Below the pieces are notes generated by a model. It had not been told where the DNA came from and ran no database searches. It worked only from the letters and a program-made list of their open reading frames with translations. Of a stretch of DNA of 64,000 nt, positions 52,861 through 61,179 are shown piece after piece. The stretch's first letter is position 1; every line of letters begins with the position of its first letter. The position numbers were made by a program, and so were the translations under genes. The DNA lies in the sequence record NC_031010.1; one strand, 5' to 3'.

Positions 52861-54603
52861 ATGAAGATAATGGTGAACTTGCCGGAGATGACGCCATCGG
52901 ACTTTGTGGCATTGTTTGATAAGCACGTTTACGGGCAGGAACAAGCCAAGAAGATGCTGGCCATTGCCCTGCGTAACCGCTACCGCACCTCGCTCTTACT
53001 CGGGCAAGACCGCTTTAGCGTGAACAAGCAGAACGTGTTATTGCATGGCCCGACGGGTACCGGTAAAACGGCCCTGATTCGTGTGTTGCGCAAAGACCTC
53101 GAATTGCCGGTGCTGGAGTTCGACATGACCTCCTTTACTGAGTCGGGCTACGTCGGGCGTAGCATCGAAGAGATTGGCAAGGAGCTGAGGGAGCTGACCA
53201 AAGGCCTGAAGATTCCGAACTGGTATCTGGAAGCGCACGGTCAGCCCATTAACAAAGAGCCGGAAAGGAAGTACACCCGGGCGGAGTTAGAGGAACTGCA
53301 AAGGCAGGAGCTGCGCAACGACATGCAGGAGCGGGACGAACACCGTAAGCGTTTCAATGAAGCGTACAACGCCGCCTTGGACGAACTCAAGGCGTCGGGT
53401 GTGCTGGATATCGAAAAGCACGGTACGTACCTCAGCGTCTACTATTACCGCTGCCTGTTGTTAGGGCTTTACCGCTCTAACCACATTGAGGATGTATCGG
53501 GGCTGCAAGAACTCACCACGCTTAATATCGATGGTCTGGATTTCGGTGCTGTGTTTAAGGATACGGCCCGTTTGAAAGAGTTGTCCGATCTGGAGAACAG
53601 TGATGAAGAGCTCAGCGAAATGGGTGAGGCAGAACTCGAAGCGGAAGTGGCAGCCATCATGGCGCGGTTACTCAGGACAATGGGTCCAATTGAGTCTGAG
53701 TTTATTGAGCTGGGTCGTCGTTACATGAACAGCTATCCGTCCATGGCAACGGCCCCTCACGAAACGTGGGCACAGTTCGCTGACCAGTTTGAGGAAAGTG
53801 ATGATGCGCTGCGACCCATCGGGTTCAAAGCGATCCGTGTGGAAGACCCTGAACTGCACGCCCTGACCTTGTTGCATAGCGACATTGAGCTTGCAGAGAA
53901 ACAGCTCACCACCTGTGACGATTTTTCACACTACGTTGACGACGACCTCTGGGTGCTGCCGAAGTTTGAGCAGTTAAGTAAGGAAGCCATTGAAGCGCAA
54001 GAAAAGAGCGACAGCCCGAAACGGCGTATCGATCCTAAGTCGTTTGTGGAGAACTTCGCGGTGGTATTCTTAGATGAGATTGACAAACTCATTGAAGAAG
54101 ACACCACCCGAACCCACGTCTCGCGTTCTGGGGTACAGCGCAGTTTATTGAAGATGGTCGAAGGCGGAACCTACCACGGTATCGACACCACAAATATCTT
54201 GTTCGTGGCCGCGGGCGCGTTTGCCATTTCTCCTATCAGTAAACTGATGCCAGAGCTGCAAGGTCGTTTCCCACTACGGGGCCGGCTGAACGCACTGGAC
54301 GCCGATGCGTTTGTGCACATCTGTAAGATGACGGGCAGCGAGTTCCAAGGTCACATCGCGCTGATGCGTACTGAGAACGTCCAAGTCAAATACGACATGG
54401 ACACGTATCAGGTGATTGCAGAACGCACGCTTGCCCAAAACATGGTGGACAATCTCGGTGCCCGACGTCTGGGTGCGGTGATTAATGCCATCTTCCAACC
54501 TGCTATGTACGAGCCGGAGAAATACCGTCAAAACGGTTTTGATATCCGCGGTGAAACTTTACGAGCCATGAGTAAACCCAATGATGGAAACCAAAAGCAT
54601 TAG
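52861..54603 (+). CDS. hslU: HslU-like AAA+ ATPase with enlarged I-domain
   Basis: GQEQAK..AIALRNR, GPTGTGKT, GYVG, FLDEIDK, GVQRSLL, PELQGR and NLGARRL motifs. Confidence 0.92.
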   Translation: MKIMVNLPEMTPSDFVALFDKHVYGQEQAKKMLAIALRNRYRTSLLLGQDRFSVNKQNVLLHGPTGTGKTALIRVLRKDLELPVLEFDMTSFTESGYVGRSIEEIGKELRELTKGLKIPNWYLEAHGQPINKEPERKYTRAELEELQRQELRNDMQERDEHRKRFNEAYNAALDELKASGVLDIEKHGTYLSVYYYRCLLLGLYRSNHIEDVSGLQELTTLNIDGLDFGAVFKDTARLKELSDLENSDEELSEMGEAELEAEVAAIMARLLRTMGPIESEFIELGRRYMNSYPSMATAPHETWAQFADQFEESDDALRPIGFKAIRVEDPELHALTLLHSDIELAEKQLTTCDDFSHYVDDDLWVLPKFEQLSKEAIEAQEKSDSPKRRIDPKSFVENFAVVFLDEIDKLIEEDTTRTHVSRSGVQRSLLKMVEGGTYHGIDTTNILFVAAGAFAISPISKLMPELQGRFPLRGRLNALDADAFVHICKMTGSEFQGHIALMRTENVQVKYDMDTYQVIAERTLAQNMVDNLGARRLGAVINAIFQPAMYEPEKYRQNGFDIRGETLRAMSKPNDGNQKH

Positions 54604-54907
54604 TCAGGAAGAAGCTGTAATCGAGTTGCAAAGCAACTTCGACAGACTGAAGGAGCAGGCTAAGGATGGACACTCTCCGCTGTATCTCGTATACACAGGT
54701 GACGTGGGGGCCGTCGTCCATCCCAAGACGTGGGTAATGCGTGACGTGCTTGGCCAGCGGACGATTCTCGGCAAATCGATTGCCATGGTGCCAGCGCCCG
54801 AAGAACGGACGTTGTACATCTTGGAATACGAGACAGGGGCGAAGTTGGGTGAGATTAGCAACCCGCCTTTAGACCTGCTCAATGAACTCACCGGGCTTTC
54901 AACGTGA
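54581..54907 (+). CDS. hypothetical protein (108 aa)
   Basis: Overlapping ORF in the operon. Confidence 0.6.
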   Translation: MMETKSISQEEAVIELQSNFDRLKEQAKDGHSPLYLVYTGDVGAVVHPKTWVMRDVLGQRTILGKSIAMVPAPEERTLYILEYETGAKLGEISNPPLDLLNELTGLST

Positions 54908-54933
54908 GGAAACCTTAAACCTTAGGAGTGTGT

Positions 54934-55314
54934 ATGTCAGCCTTACGAGTATGGACAATTCAGATGGGCCAGTGGCGTAAAGCCGTGGAGAAAGACATAC
55001 CCCTCCTGAATATCACTATCAAGTCCGGTGAAGCTATCTTTGCACCGGACTGGGATTTCTTGATGACGTATAAAGATTCCGCCAAAACCCCCGAGGATGA
55101 ACGCATCTACACTCGGGCCTATGCCGCGAAGATTAACCGTAAGCTCAAAGAATTCCCGAATAAGTTTTCAGATATATTTAATAACAGTGAGATAGCCTTA
55201 GCCTGTTATTGTCCGGACGGTGAATTCTGTCATCGGCATTTGTTTGTCAAAGTCTTACAACAGCTCGGTAAGCAACTCGGTAGAGAAGTTATTTACATGG
55301 GCGAAATCACTTAA
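54934..55314 (+). CDS. DUF488-like protein
   Basis: AGGAG SD; FAPDWDFL and LACYCPDGEFCHRHL motifs. Confidence 0.6.
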   Translation: MSALRVWTIQMGQWRKAVEKDIPLLNITIKSGEAIFAPDWDFLMTYKDSAKTPEDERIYTRAYAAKINRKLKEFPNKFSDIFNNSEIALACYCPDGEFCHRHLFVKVLQQLGKQLGREVIYMGEIT

Positions 55315-55340
55315 TTGCAACACCGTAAGGAGTAATAGAA

Positions 55341-55946
55341 ATGAGCGTTAAGAAAGTTATCCACGTGCCGATTGTTAACAACGTCAATACCCCGGACACA
55401 CGGCACAAAGATGGCGCGCGTAATGTTCTTGTTACCAAACGACACTTTGAAATCGTAGAGCGCCTGAAAGCGGAAGGGCACCCCGTCGTGGCATACGCCG
55501 TGGATTATGTGCCCGTGGCCGGAAGCGACATGGGCTTTGCGCTGACGGCGACATTAACGTTGCTGTGTCTTAAGCCCAACGATGCCGAAGCAGTAATTCT
55601 TTACAAGGCGCTTGAAGAATCGTTTAAGTACGCCAAGTACGCCGAGCATCTCAGTAACACGAGCTCAATCTGGAGTGGCGAAGCAGCGGCAATCCTTAAC
55701 AAATACGCCACCCAAGTCAGCGGTACAATCATGAAGTCGCTGACCGACGAAAGGGTGGTTGATAAGATTGCCAAACCGTGGATGGTACGCGAACCGTCCG
55801 GCTTCGATCGTAAGCAACGTCGCCCGCAGTCGAACCTCCCCGTGCTGACCATTGAATTACCCATCGGTGAAGAATCTACCGGTGCTCGTCACCATATCGC
55901 CCTGCACCTCGAGCAGATTGGCTACGCTGTTAAATTCAAAAACTAA
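55341..55946 (+). CDS. hypothetical protein (201 aa)
   Basis: GTAAGGAGTAAT SD. Confidence 0.7.
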   Translation: MSVKKVIHVPIVNNVNTPDTRHKDGARNVLVTKRHFEIVERLKAEGHPVVAYAVDYVPVAGSDMGFALTATLTLLCLKPNDAEAVILYKALEESFKYAKYAEHLSNTSSIWSGEAAAILNKYATQVSGTIMKSLTDERVVDKIAKPWMVREPSGFDRKQRRPQSNLPVLTIELPIGEESTGARHHIALHLEQIGYAVKFKN

Positions 55947-55959
55947 GTAAGGATTAATC

Positions 55960-56274
55960 ATGAAAACTGAACAAGTAAGCAAAATTGAAGAAGTTATCGA
56001 CACTGCGCTGGCTGATGCCAACAAGCCTATCACCGCTGTCGGTATCGTTGCCCGCCATTTTGGTGCGAACATTGAAAAGCGTAAAGCACCGAAAATCTTT
56101 GTGCGCTCTGAGCTGCCGTTGACCCACGACGAAGCAGCCCGCGTAGCTGAAGCACTGGAGGCCGAAGGTTTCGAATGGGAAATCGCTGGCGCTACCCTTA
56201 ACCCTATCGAAGTATCGGACAACGTGGTACGTCGTTCGAAGTCGGTTCCCCGCATTAAACGAGGTGCGAAATGA
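55960..56274 (+). CDS. hypothetical protein (104 aa)
   Basis: GTAAGGATTAAT SD, strong codon bias. Confidence 0.7.
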   Translation: MKTEQVSKIEEVIDTALADANKPITAVGIVARHFGANIEKRKAPKIFVRSELPLTHDEAARVAEALEAEGFEWEIAGATLNPIEVSDNVVRRSKSVPRIKRGAK

Positions 56275-56798
56275 ACACCGCGCAATTAAACTGTTTTACC
56301 AAACGTGAACGTACTGAACTGATTCGCATCACCCGCGGTCAGCAGGTTAACGACAGCTTCAATATCGACCCGAAGAAGCTTGCCATCGCCAAGCACTTCC
56401 CGGAAGTGGAATGGGACATTGAGTTCTTCCGTCTGCAGGCGTTTACGAACGCCTTAACCCAGATGGGGAATTACAACAGTGCCAAAGTGCCGGCGTGGAC
56501 GTGGCATATCCGCCATATACCGTCGTCCATCTGCAATCGTCAGTCCGGTGAGATGTTTAATGTCAAGCCGATTGCGCACCCCCGCTACATGGATCAGTTC
56601 ATCGAACTCATTGCCAAGACCCCGCTCTCTTCGATTGATGCATACTGCGATATCATTAAAGAGATTGGTCACCCGAGCATCAAATGTATCGGGTCGGACA
56701 CCGCAGACAAGAACGGGCACTTCACCCGCCTGTCTTGGATTGCCGGACCGTTTGACAATGAGAACATCCTTTATCTGGATCGGAATCGCCATAAATGA
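56271..56798 (+). CDS. hypothetical protein (175 aa)
   Basis: GAGGTG SD, ATGA overlap. Confidence 0.7.
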   Translation: MNTAQLNCFTKRERTELIRITRGQQVNDSFNIDPKKLAIAKHFPEVEWDIEFFRLQAFTNALTQMGNYNSAKVPAWTWHIRHIPSSICNRQSGEMFNVKPIAHPRYMDQFIELIAKTPLSSIDAYCDIIKEIGHPSIKCIGSDTADKNGHFTRLSWIAGPFDNENILYLDRNRHK

Positions 56799-57094
56799 AA
56801 CCGTTAGAGATGACGCAGAAGGAGCTCTTAGACCATCTGCTCTACGGCGGGAAAATAGAAGACACTCGGGAGTGGGCTGATGCGCTCCTGATGTCTCTTA
56901 TTCCTGCGCGCAGTAACCATTACGAAATCGCGGTCTTGGGTGAGGAGTATTGTTTTCGTACCAAAGACCGTGAATACGAAATCCAACGCGTCCCCGCCAC
57001 AGTCGGTGGGGTGTTGTTGTTGGCCGCTAACCAACTCACGTTCATCGAGGTGGCGTTGAACTATTACGCCACCGGCGGACAAAGGGGGTTCTGA
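56795..57094 (+). CDS. hypothetical protein (99 aa)
   Basis: ATGA overlap. Confidence 0.65.
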   Translation: MKPLEMTQKELLDHLLYGGKIEDTREWADALLMSLIPARSNHYEIAVLGEEYCFRTKDREYEIQRVPATVGGVLLLAANQLTFIEVALNYYATGGQRGF

Positions 57095-57321
57095 TGACAT
57101 ACGACCCACTCAAGCCAACGAACAACCCCATCATGTTAATCGTGGGGATTGTTATTGGTTTGTTGCAGTTGATTTGGATGGTCATCCGTCTTCCGGTTGA
57201 CCGCAAGAAAGGTTACGATGAAATGCGCGATCAGTTAATCGCGCGTTGTGTCGATGCAGAAGTGGAACGTGACCAGCTCCGCGTCGAAGTGAAGTCATTG
57301 AAGAGTGAACTCGGGAGGTAA
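57094..57321 (+). CDS. small TM plus coiled-coil protein
   Basis: IMLIVGIVIGLLQLIWMVI followed by heptads. Confidence 0.7.
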   Translation: MTYDPLKPTNNPIMLIVGIVIGLLQLIWMVIRLPVDRKKGYDEMRDQLIARCVDAEVERDQLRVEVKSLKSELGR

Positions 57322-57324
57322 TCC

Positions 57325-57663
57325 ATGCTCGGTTGGTTCCGCCGTTATAAGCAGTTAAAGGAAGAGCACGCCGAGTTAACCGAGACCACGGAGTTTCAGG
57401 CTCAACTGATCGATGTGCTTCGTGAGCAGGTAAAAGCAGCCACCGGTCTCTCGGACACGCAACGCGACACCATAAACCTGTTGCGCAAGAACCGTGACAT
57501 GAATGAGCGGACACTTGACTTGGTGTTAACCATACTCGCCACCGCAGTCTACGACCGCCGTGACCCGCTCGACGCCATCGGTCGGGTGTTTAGAGCGATG
57601 ACACCAAAAACCTGCGCACGGGTTGCAAAATTAATCATCACCGGAAGGAGTAATAAATGTTAA
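57325..57663 (+). CDS. coiled-coil protein (112 aa)
   Basis: GGAGGT SD. Confidence 0.7.
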   Translation: MLGWFRRYKQLKEEHAELTETTEFQAQLIDVLREQVKAATGLSDTQRDTINLLRKNRDMNERTLDLVLTILATAVYDRRDPLDAIGRVFRAMTPKTCARVAKLIITGRSNKC

Positions 57664-58916
57664 AACCACGTAAGACCCGTAAGAACCGTGCACAAATGAC
57701 GTTCCGCAATGATGGTACGGCAACGTACTATTCCCCGAACCGTAAACCGCTGAAGTTAAGCGAAGAGAGTTTCGCGACAATCGCCAAGCTTAGGTTTCGT
57801 AACCCAGCGAACATTTGGTACGGCATGCGTGCCATGCAAGCGCATATCGAACGACCTGAATACCCGTATCATGCATTACGGGCAATGACCAAGAAAGAAT
57901 GGAACTTCCATTGGCAATGGAAAGCCTTATCGCGCGCCGTACATGTTGACCAAGTGGAACAGTGTGCTCTTCGTGACGAAGTTAACCCACTGGACTGGTC
58001 TTGGCAGCCTGAGTTCTTGCAGAACATGGATTACCTCGCCCGCAAAGCGTCGCTGCTCCATCCCGTATTTGGTACTGACCCGGGTCGTCCCGAAGGTTCA
58101 GCGATGGCGATGGTACTTAAAGGTCGTCGTCCGGGAATGAGTACACTCTTTGAAAACGGTATTGGAGATTCCCCGCGCATCAGTCCATCTATGCGCAAAT
58201 CCGATATTGAATTGGGCATGGCAATGAAGCTGGGGCCAGAGGCAACCAAGAAGTTACTTGTGGAACGTCTCACTATCGCTGGTCCAAACGGTGAGCGTTA
58301 TTTCATTTCCAGTGAATCAGGCAGCGAGCGCGTCAATGATTCACTCAATGCGATGATAAAAGCGGAAGAGCACACACGCTTTAGCGTTCGTGAAGTGTCA
58401 CCTGAACGCGTTCTCCAGAAGCTGGATAACATGGGTCATGTCGGTGCATTGGACATCGAGCCGAATGGGAGACCTCCGCTCACCATGGCAAGAGAATACG
58501 CTATGGCAGGATCGTGGGGCACACCTAAGGACGACACCGAAGTCGAGCCATTCAACGGGGAAGTTAAAGGTGTGGAATTGAGAAAGTCTTCGGTTTCGTT
58601 AAACAATCCTGAGCTAGAAGACATCGACCCGTTCTCTGAAGAGTTGACCGTCGAACAAAAGGCAGCCATTCTCGAAGAAGCGAAAATCAACCCGATGTAT
58701 TTTTATCGGATTGTGAGACAGGCCATGAGCTCCGCATGGACAGATAGTCGTTTCCCGTTCTCGGAAGAAGACGTTAACAGCCTTAGAGCTTTGTACAGTC
58801 TCGCGAAAAAGAACGAGTATCACCCACAGCCCATCGATACTACCAAAAAGCATTATTTCTCACCTATCTCGCCAGATGAGTTAATCGCTGCTCCGAAGGC
58901 GGAGGATGACAAATAA
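57657..58916 (+). CDS. hypothetical protein with terminase-like motifs (419 aa)
   Basis: AAGGAGTAAT SD; VLKGRRPGMST and DIDPFSEELTVEQKAAILEEAKINPMYFYRIVR. Confidence 0.65.
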   Translation: MLKPRKTRKNRAQMTFRNDGTATYYSPNRKPLKLSEESFATIAKLRFRNPANIWYGMRAMQAHIERPEYPYHALRAMTKKEWNFHWQWKALSRAVHVDQVEQCALRDEVNPLDWSWQPEFLQNMDYLARKASLLHPVFGTDPGRPEGSAMAMVLKGRRPGMSTLFENGIGDSPRISPSMRKSDIELGMAMKLGPEATKKLLVERLTIAGPNGERYFISSESGSERVNDSLNAMIKAEEHTRFSVREVSPERVLQKLDNMGHVGALDIEPNGRPPLTMAREYAMAGSWGTPKDDTEVEPFNGEVKGVELRKSSVSLNNPELEDIDPFSEELTVEQKAAILEEAKINPMYFYRIVRQAMSSAWTDSRFPFSEEDVNSLRALYSLAKKNEYHPQPIDTTKKHYFSPISPDELIAAPKAEDDK

Positions 58917-58927
58917 ATAAAAAGACC

Positions 58928-58961
58928 GGTAGCCCTTAGTGGCTACCCTCTTTTATTTTTT
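58928..58961 (+). terminator. intrinsic terminator
   Basis: GGTAGCC/GGCTACC plus T tract. Confidence 0.8.
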
Positions 58962-59120
58962 GGCCCTAAGTCAAATACGTTCAGCCGCCCTACTTTCTTT
59001 TTTTATTTCTGGTGAGGCCCCGTGTCAACCCGGTAATGGTTTACGCACACCCCCGTATATTTTTTTGCCTATGGCGAGAGTGCCACCTACACCACACCAA
59101 TGTAAAATGAGGACATCCCC

Positions 59121-61019
59121 ATGGCTGGACAATCTGTCCCTGCTCCAAAAGCGCTTGATTTAACCGCGTCCATTGTGGGCGGAACCGTTCTCTTAAACAA
59201 AGATGGCTTTATCTACGAAATGCCACTGTCTGCCCTGTTGCAGAAATTCGATTTAGCAGCGGAAGATGGCCTGAGCCAAATTGGCCGTTGTGCATCCGTT
59301 GCCAACCTGCGCAAAATGGAACCCAAGACACCGGGTCAGCGCATTGACATTGCAGAATACGCACCGGGTAGCAAAAACGGTGGCGGTTACTTCTTCTACG
59401 ATGCAGATGACAAAACGTCAAAAGACGATGGTGGCTTCTGTATCGTTACCCCAAAAGGCGCACGCTGGAAGCGCGACATCGGACACATCGGTGCACTGAA
59501 CGTCACCCACTTCGGGGCTATCCCGGATGGTAAGACAGACTGTATCGATGCCGTTAACAAGATGTGGGCGTTCTCCAAAGCAAACTTAATTCAGTTGGGT
59601 ATTCAGTTCCCGTCTGGTAAGTTCTTCCTGTCTAAGTTCGCACAGGCCAGTGAAGTGGGCTACTTCCGTGTTGTTGGCTTTAACAGCACCAACGCGTTTG
59701 GTTACTTCAACACCACGACCATCTATTCCGATGACCAAGATGAGTTCGTGTTTGATGTGAATGCGCGCCGTACTGAAATCAGCGGAATCGAATTCAACGG
59801 TCAAATCGATTTGGGTAACAAGCAGTACCGTTGCTCGAAGAAAGGTTTCTTCCGTAACGTCGATCCGGGCGGCCAGTATATCCGTGTCTCGAACTTCATG
59901 AGCTCATGGGTTGGCGGCACAAGCTTTGACATGCTGGACAACCTCGACACCAAGTTCGATCAGTTCTACGCCTCTCGGTGTACGGGTACCGTCCTGAAAG
60001 GGCGTCCGTCGTTCCGTGATGCGGGCGGTTGGAACCACCTGACTGCTATCGAGCTGACCAACTTCAACATGCAATATTGTACCGGCAACCTCGTGTTCGA
60101 CCTGCCACGTGCAACCCAGTCACTGATTCGTAACGGTTGGATTGAACACTGTGAGTTCCCGGGTAACCTGTCTGACGGTCAGTGGCAGATTGACTCGTTC
60201 TCCATGGAAGACTGTGACAACCCAATGCAGGTGCAGAATGCTCGCTTGGTGCGTTTCGCAACCAACCTGCAAGGCAAGTCTAACTGGGATGCCAACAGCG
60301 GTGAAAGTGGCTGGAAGGAAATCTCTGCCTACGAGTACGGCATGACGGACATCCACAACCACGGTATCAAAACCGACGGTTCGGTGCAGGCCGGTTACTA
60401 CGGCTCACTGGTGAAGATGGACAACAACACCGGCGCTGCGCAGTGGTTCCATGCCTGCTGGGTGAAACCGGTTTCCATTGGCGACACTATCCAACTGCGG
60501 ATGTTTGGTACACTGGCGTACAGCGGTAACAAAATTGATAACGATGTTATCGGTGGCGGCCGTCAGTCCGGTGGCTATGCAGACGTGTTCATCAAAGTCC
60601 TGCAAGACTCGTCTCTGGCGATTCAGTGGGACGGGGTTGGTAGTTGCCCAATTCTGGATGTGCGCTCTGACAACAGCAAAGGTTCAACCAACATCTACGT
60701 GAAAGTGGCGGCATGGTCACGTAACGTCGGTGTGGAGTGCTACACCACCAGTAAGACCCGTTTTGAAGCGGGTATCCGTTTCCAGATTCAGCGCAAAGGC
60801 GTGAAGGTCGACGAAGCGGCAATTACCGGTGACGCATTCCCGACTGTCCCAACGGGCATGACCCTCGGTACCAAAAACGGTATCGGTTGGAACGGTCAGG
60901 GCGACCTGCTGATGAAGTTCGAACTGCAAAACGGGTATCTGCCTGTGAAGATTCAGTCTCCGTCTTCCGGTAAGATTACCCAAGGTTACATCAAGGTAGA
61001 GACCTCTTTACCTAAGTAA
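59121..61019 (+). CDS. beta-helix tailspike / exopolysaccharide depolymerase, AmsF/WceF-like
   Basis: Tailspike N-domain GGGYFFYD...DDGG...RWKR; beta-helix start VTHFGAIPDGKTD; body recalls AmsF/WceF. Confidence 0.65.
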   Translation: MAGQSVPAPKALDLTASIVGGTVLLNKDGFIYEMPLSALLQKFDLAAEDGLSQIGRCASVANLRKMEPKTPGQRIDIAEYAPGSKNGGGYFFYDADDKTSKDDGGFCIVTPKGARWKRDIGHIGALNVTHFGAIPDGKTDCIDAVNKMWAFSKANLIQLGIQFPSGKFFLSKFAQASEVGYFRVVGFNSTNAFGYFNTTTIYSDDQDEFVFDVNARRTEISGIEFNGQIDLGNKQYRCSKKGFFRNVDPGGQYIRVSNFMSSWVGGTSFDMLDNLDTKFDQFYASRCTGTVLKGRPSFRDAGGWNHLTAIELTNFNMQYCTGNLVFDLPRATQSLIRNGWIEHCEFPGNLSDGQWQIDSFSMEDCDNPMQVQNARLVRFATNLQGKSNWDANSGESGWKEISAYEYGMTDIHNHGIKTDGSVQAGYYGSLVKMDNNTGAAQWFHACWVKPVSIGDTIQLRMFGTLAYSGNKIDNDVIGGGRQSGGYADVFIKVLQDSSLAIQWDGVGSCPILDVRSDNSKGSTNIYVKVAAWSRNVGVECYTTSKTRFEAGIRFQIQRKGVKVDEAAITGDAFPTVPTGMTLGTKNGIGWNGQGDLLMKFELQNGYLPVKIQSPSSGKITQGYIKVETSLPK

Positions 61020-61025
61020 TCTGGT

Positions 61026-61058
61026 GAGACCCCTTCGGGGGTCTCTCTTTTCTTTTTT
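61026..61058 (+). terminator. intrinsic terminator
   Basis: GAGACCCC-TTCG-GGGGTCTC plus T tract. Confidence 0.9.
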
Positions 61059-61063
61059 GTCCC

Positions 61064-61086
61064 TACGTTATCTTTCTGTTATATGT
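61064..61086 (+). promoter_or_regulatory. putative middle/late promoter TAC-N15-TATGT
   Basis: TAC ends at 61066, TATGT starts at 61082. Confidence 0.55.
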
Positions 61087-61179
61087 CAAAGTACCAATAG
61101 GGGCTTACCGATTTATTATGCTGGCAGGAGGGTTACGGCAGACGCTGTAGCCTTTGGAAACCTTAACCGAGTTAACGCG

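Noticed and set aside
61118-61179. AGGAGG 48 nt upstream of ATG 61180, bridged by hairpins (split RBS) or a 10-codon uORF
   Set aside because: Folding both hairpins still leaves an over-long spacer and partly buries the SD; not supportable without data.
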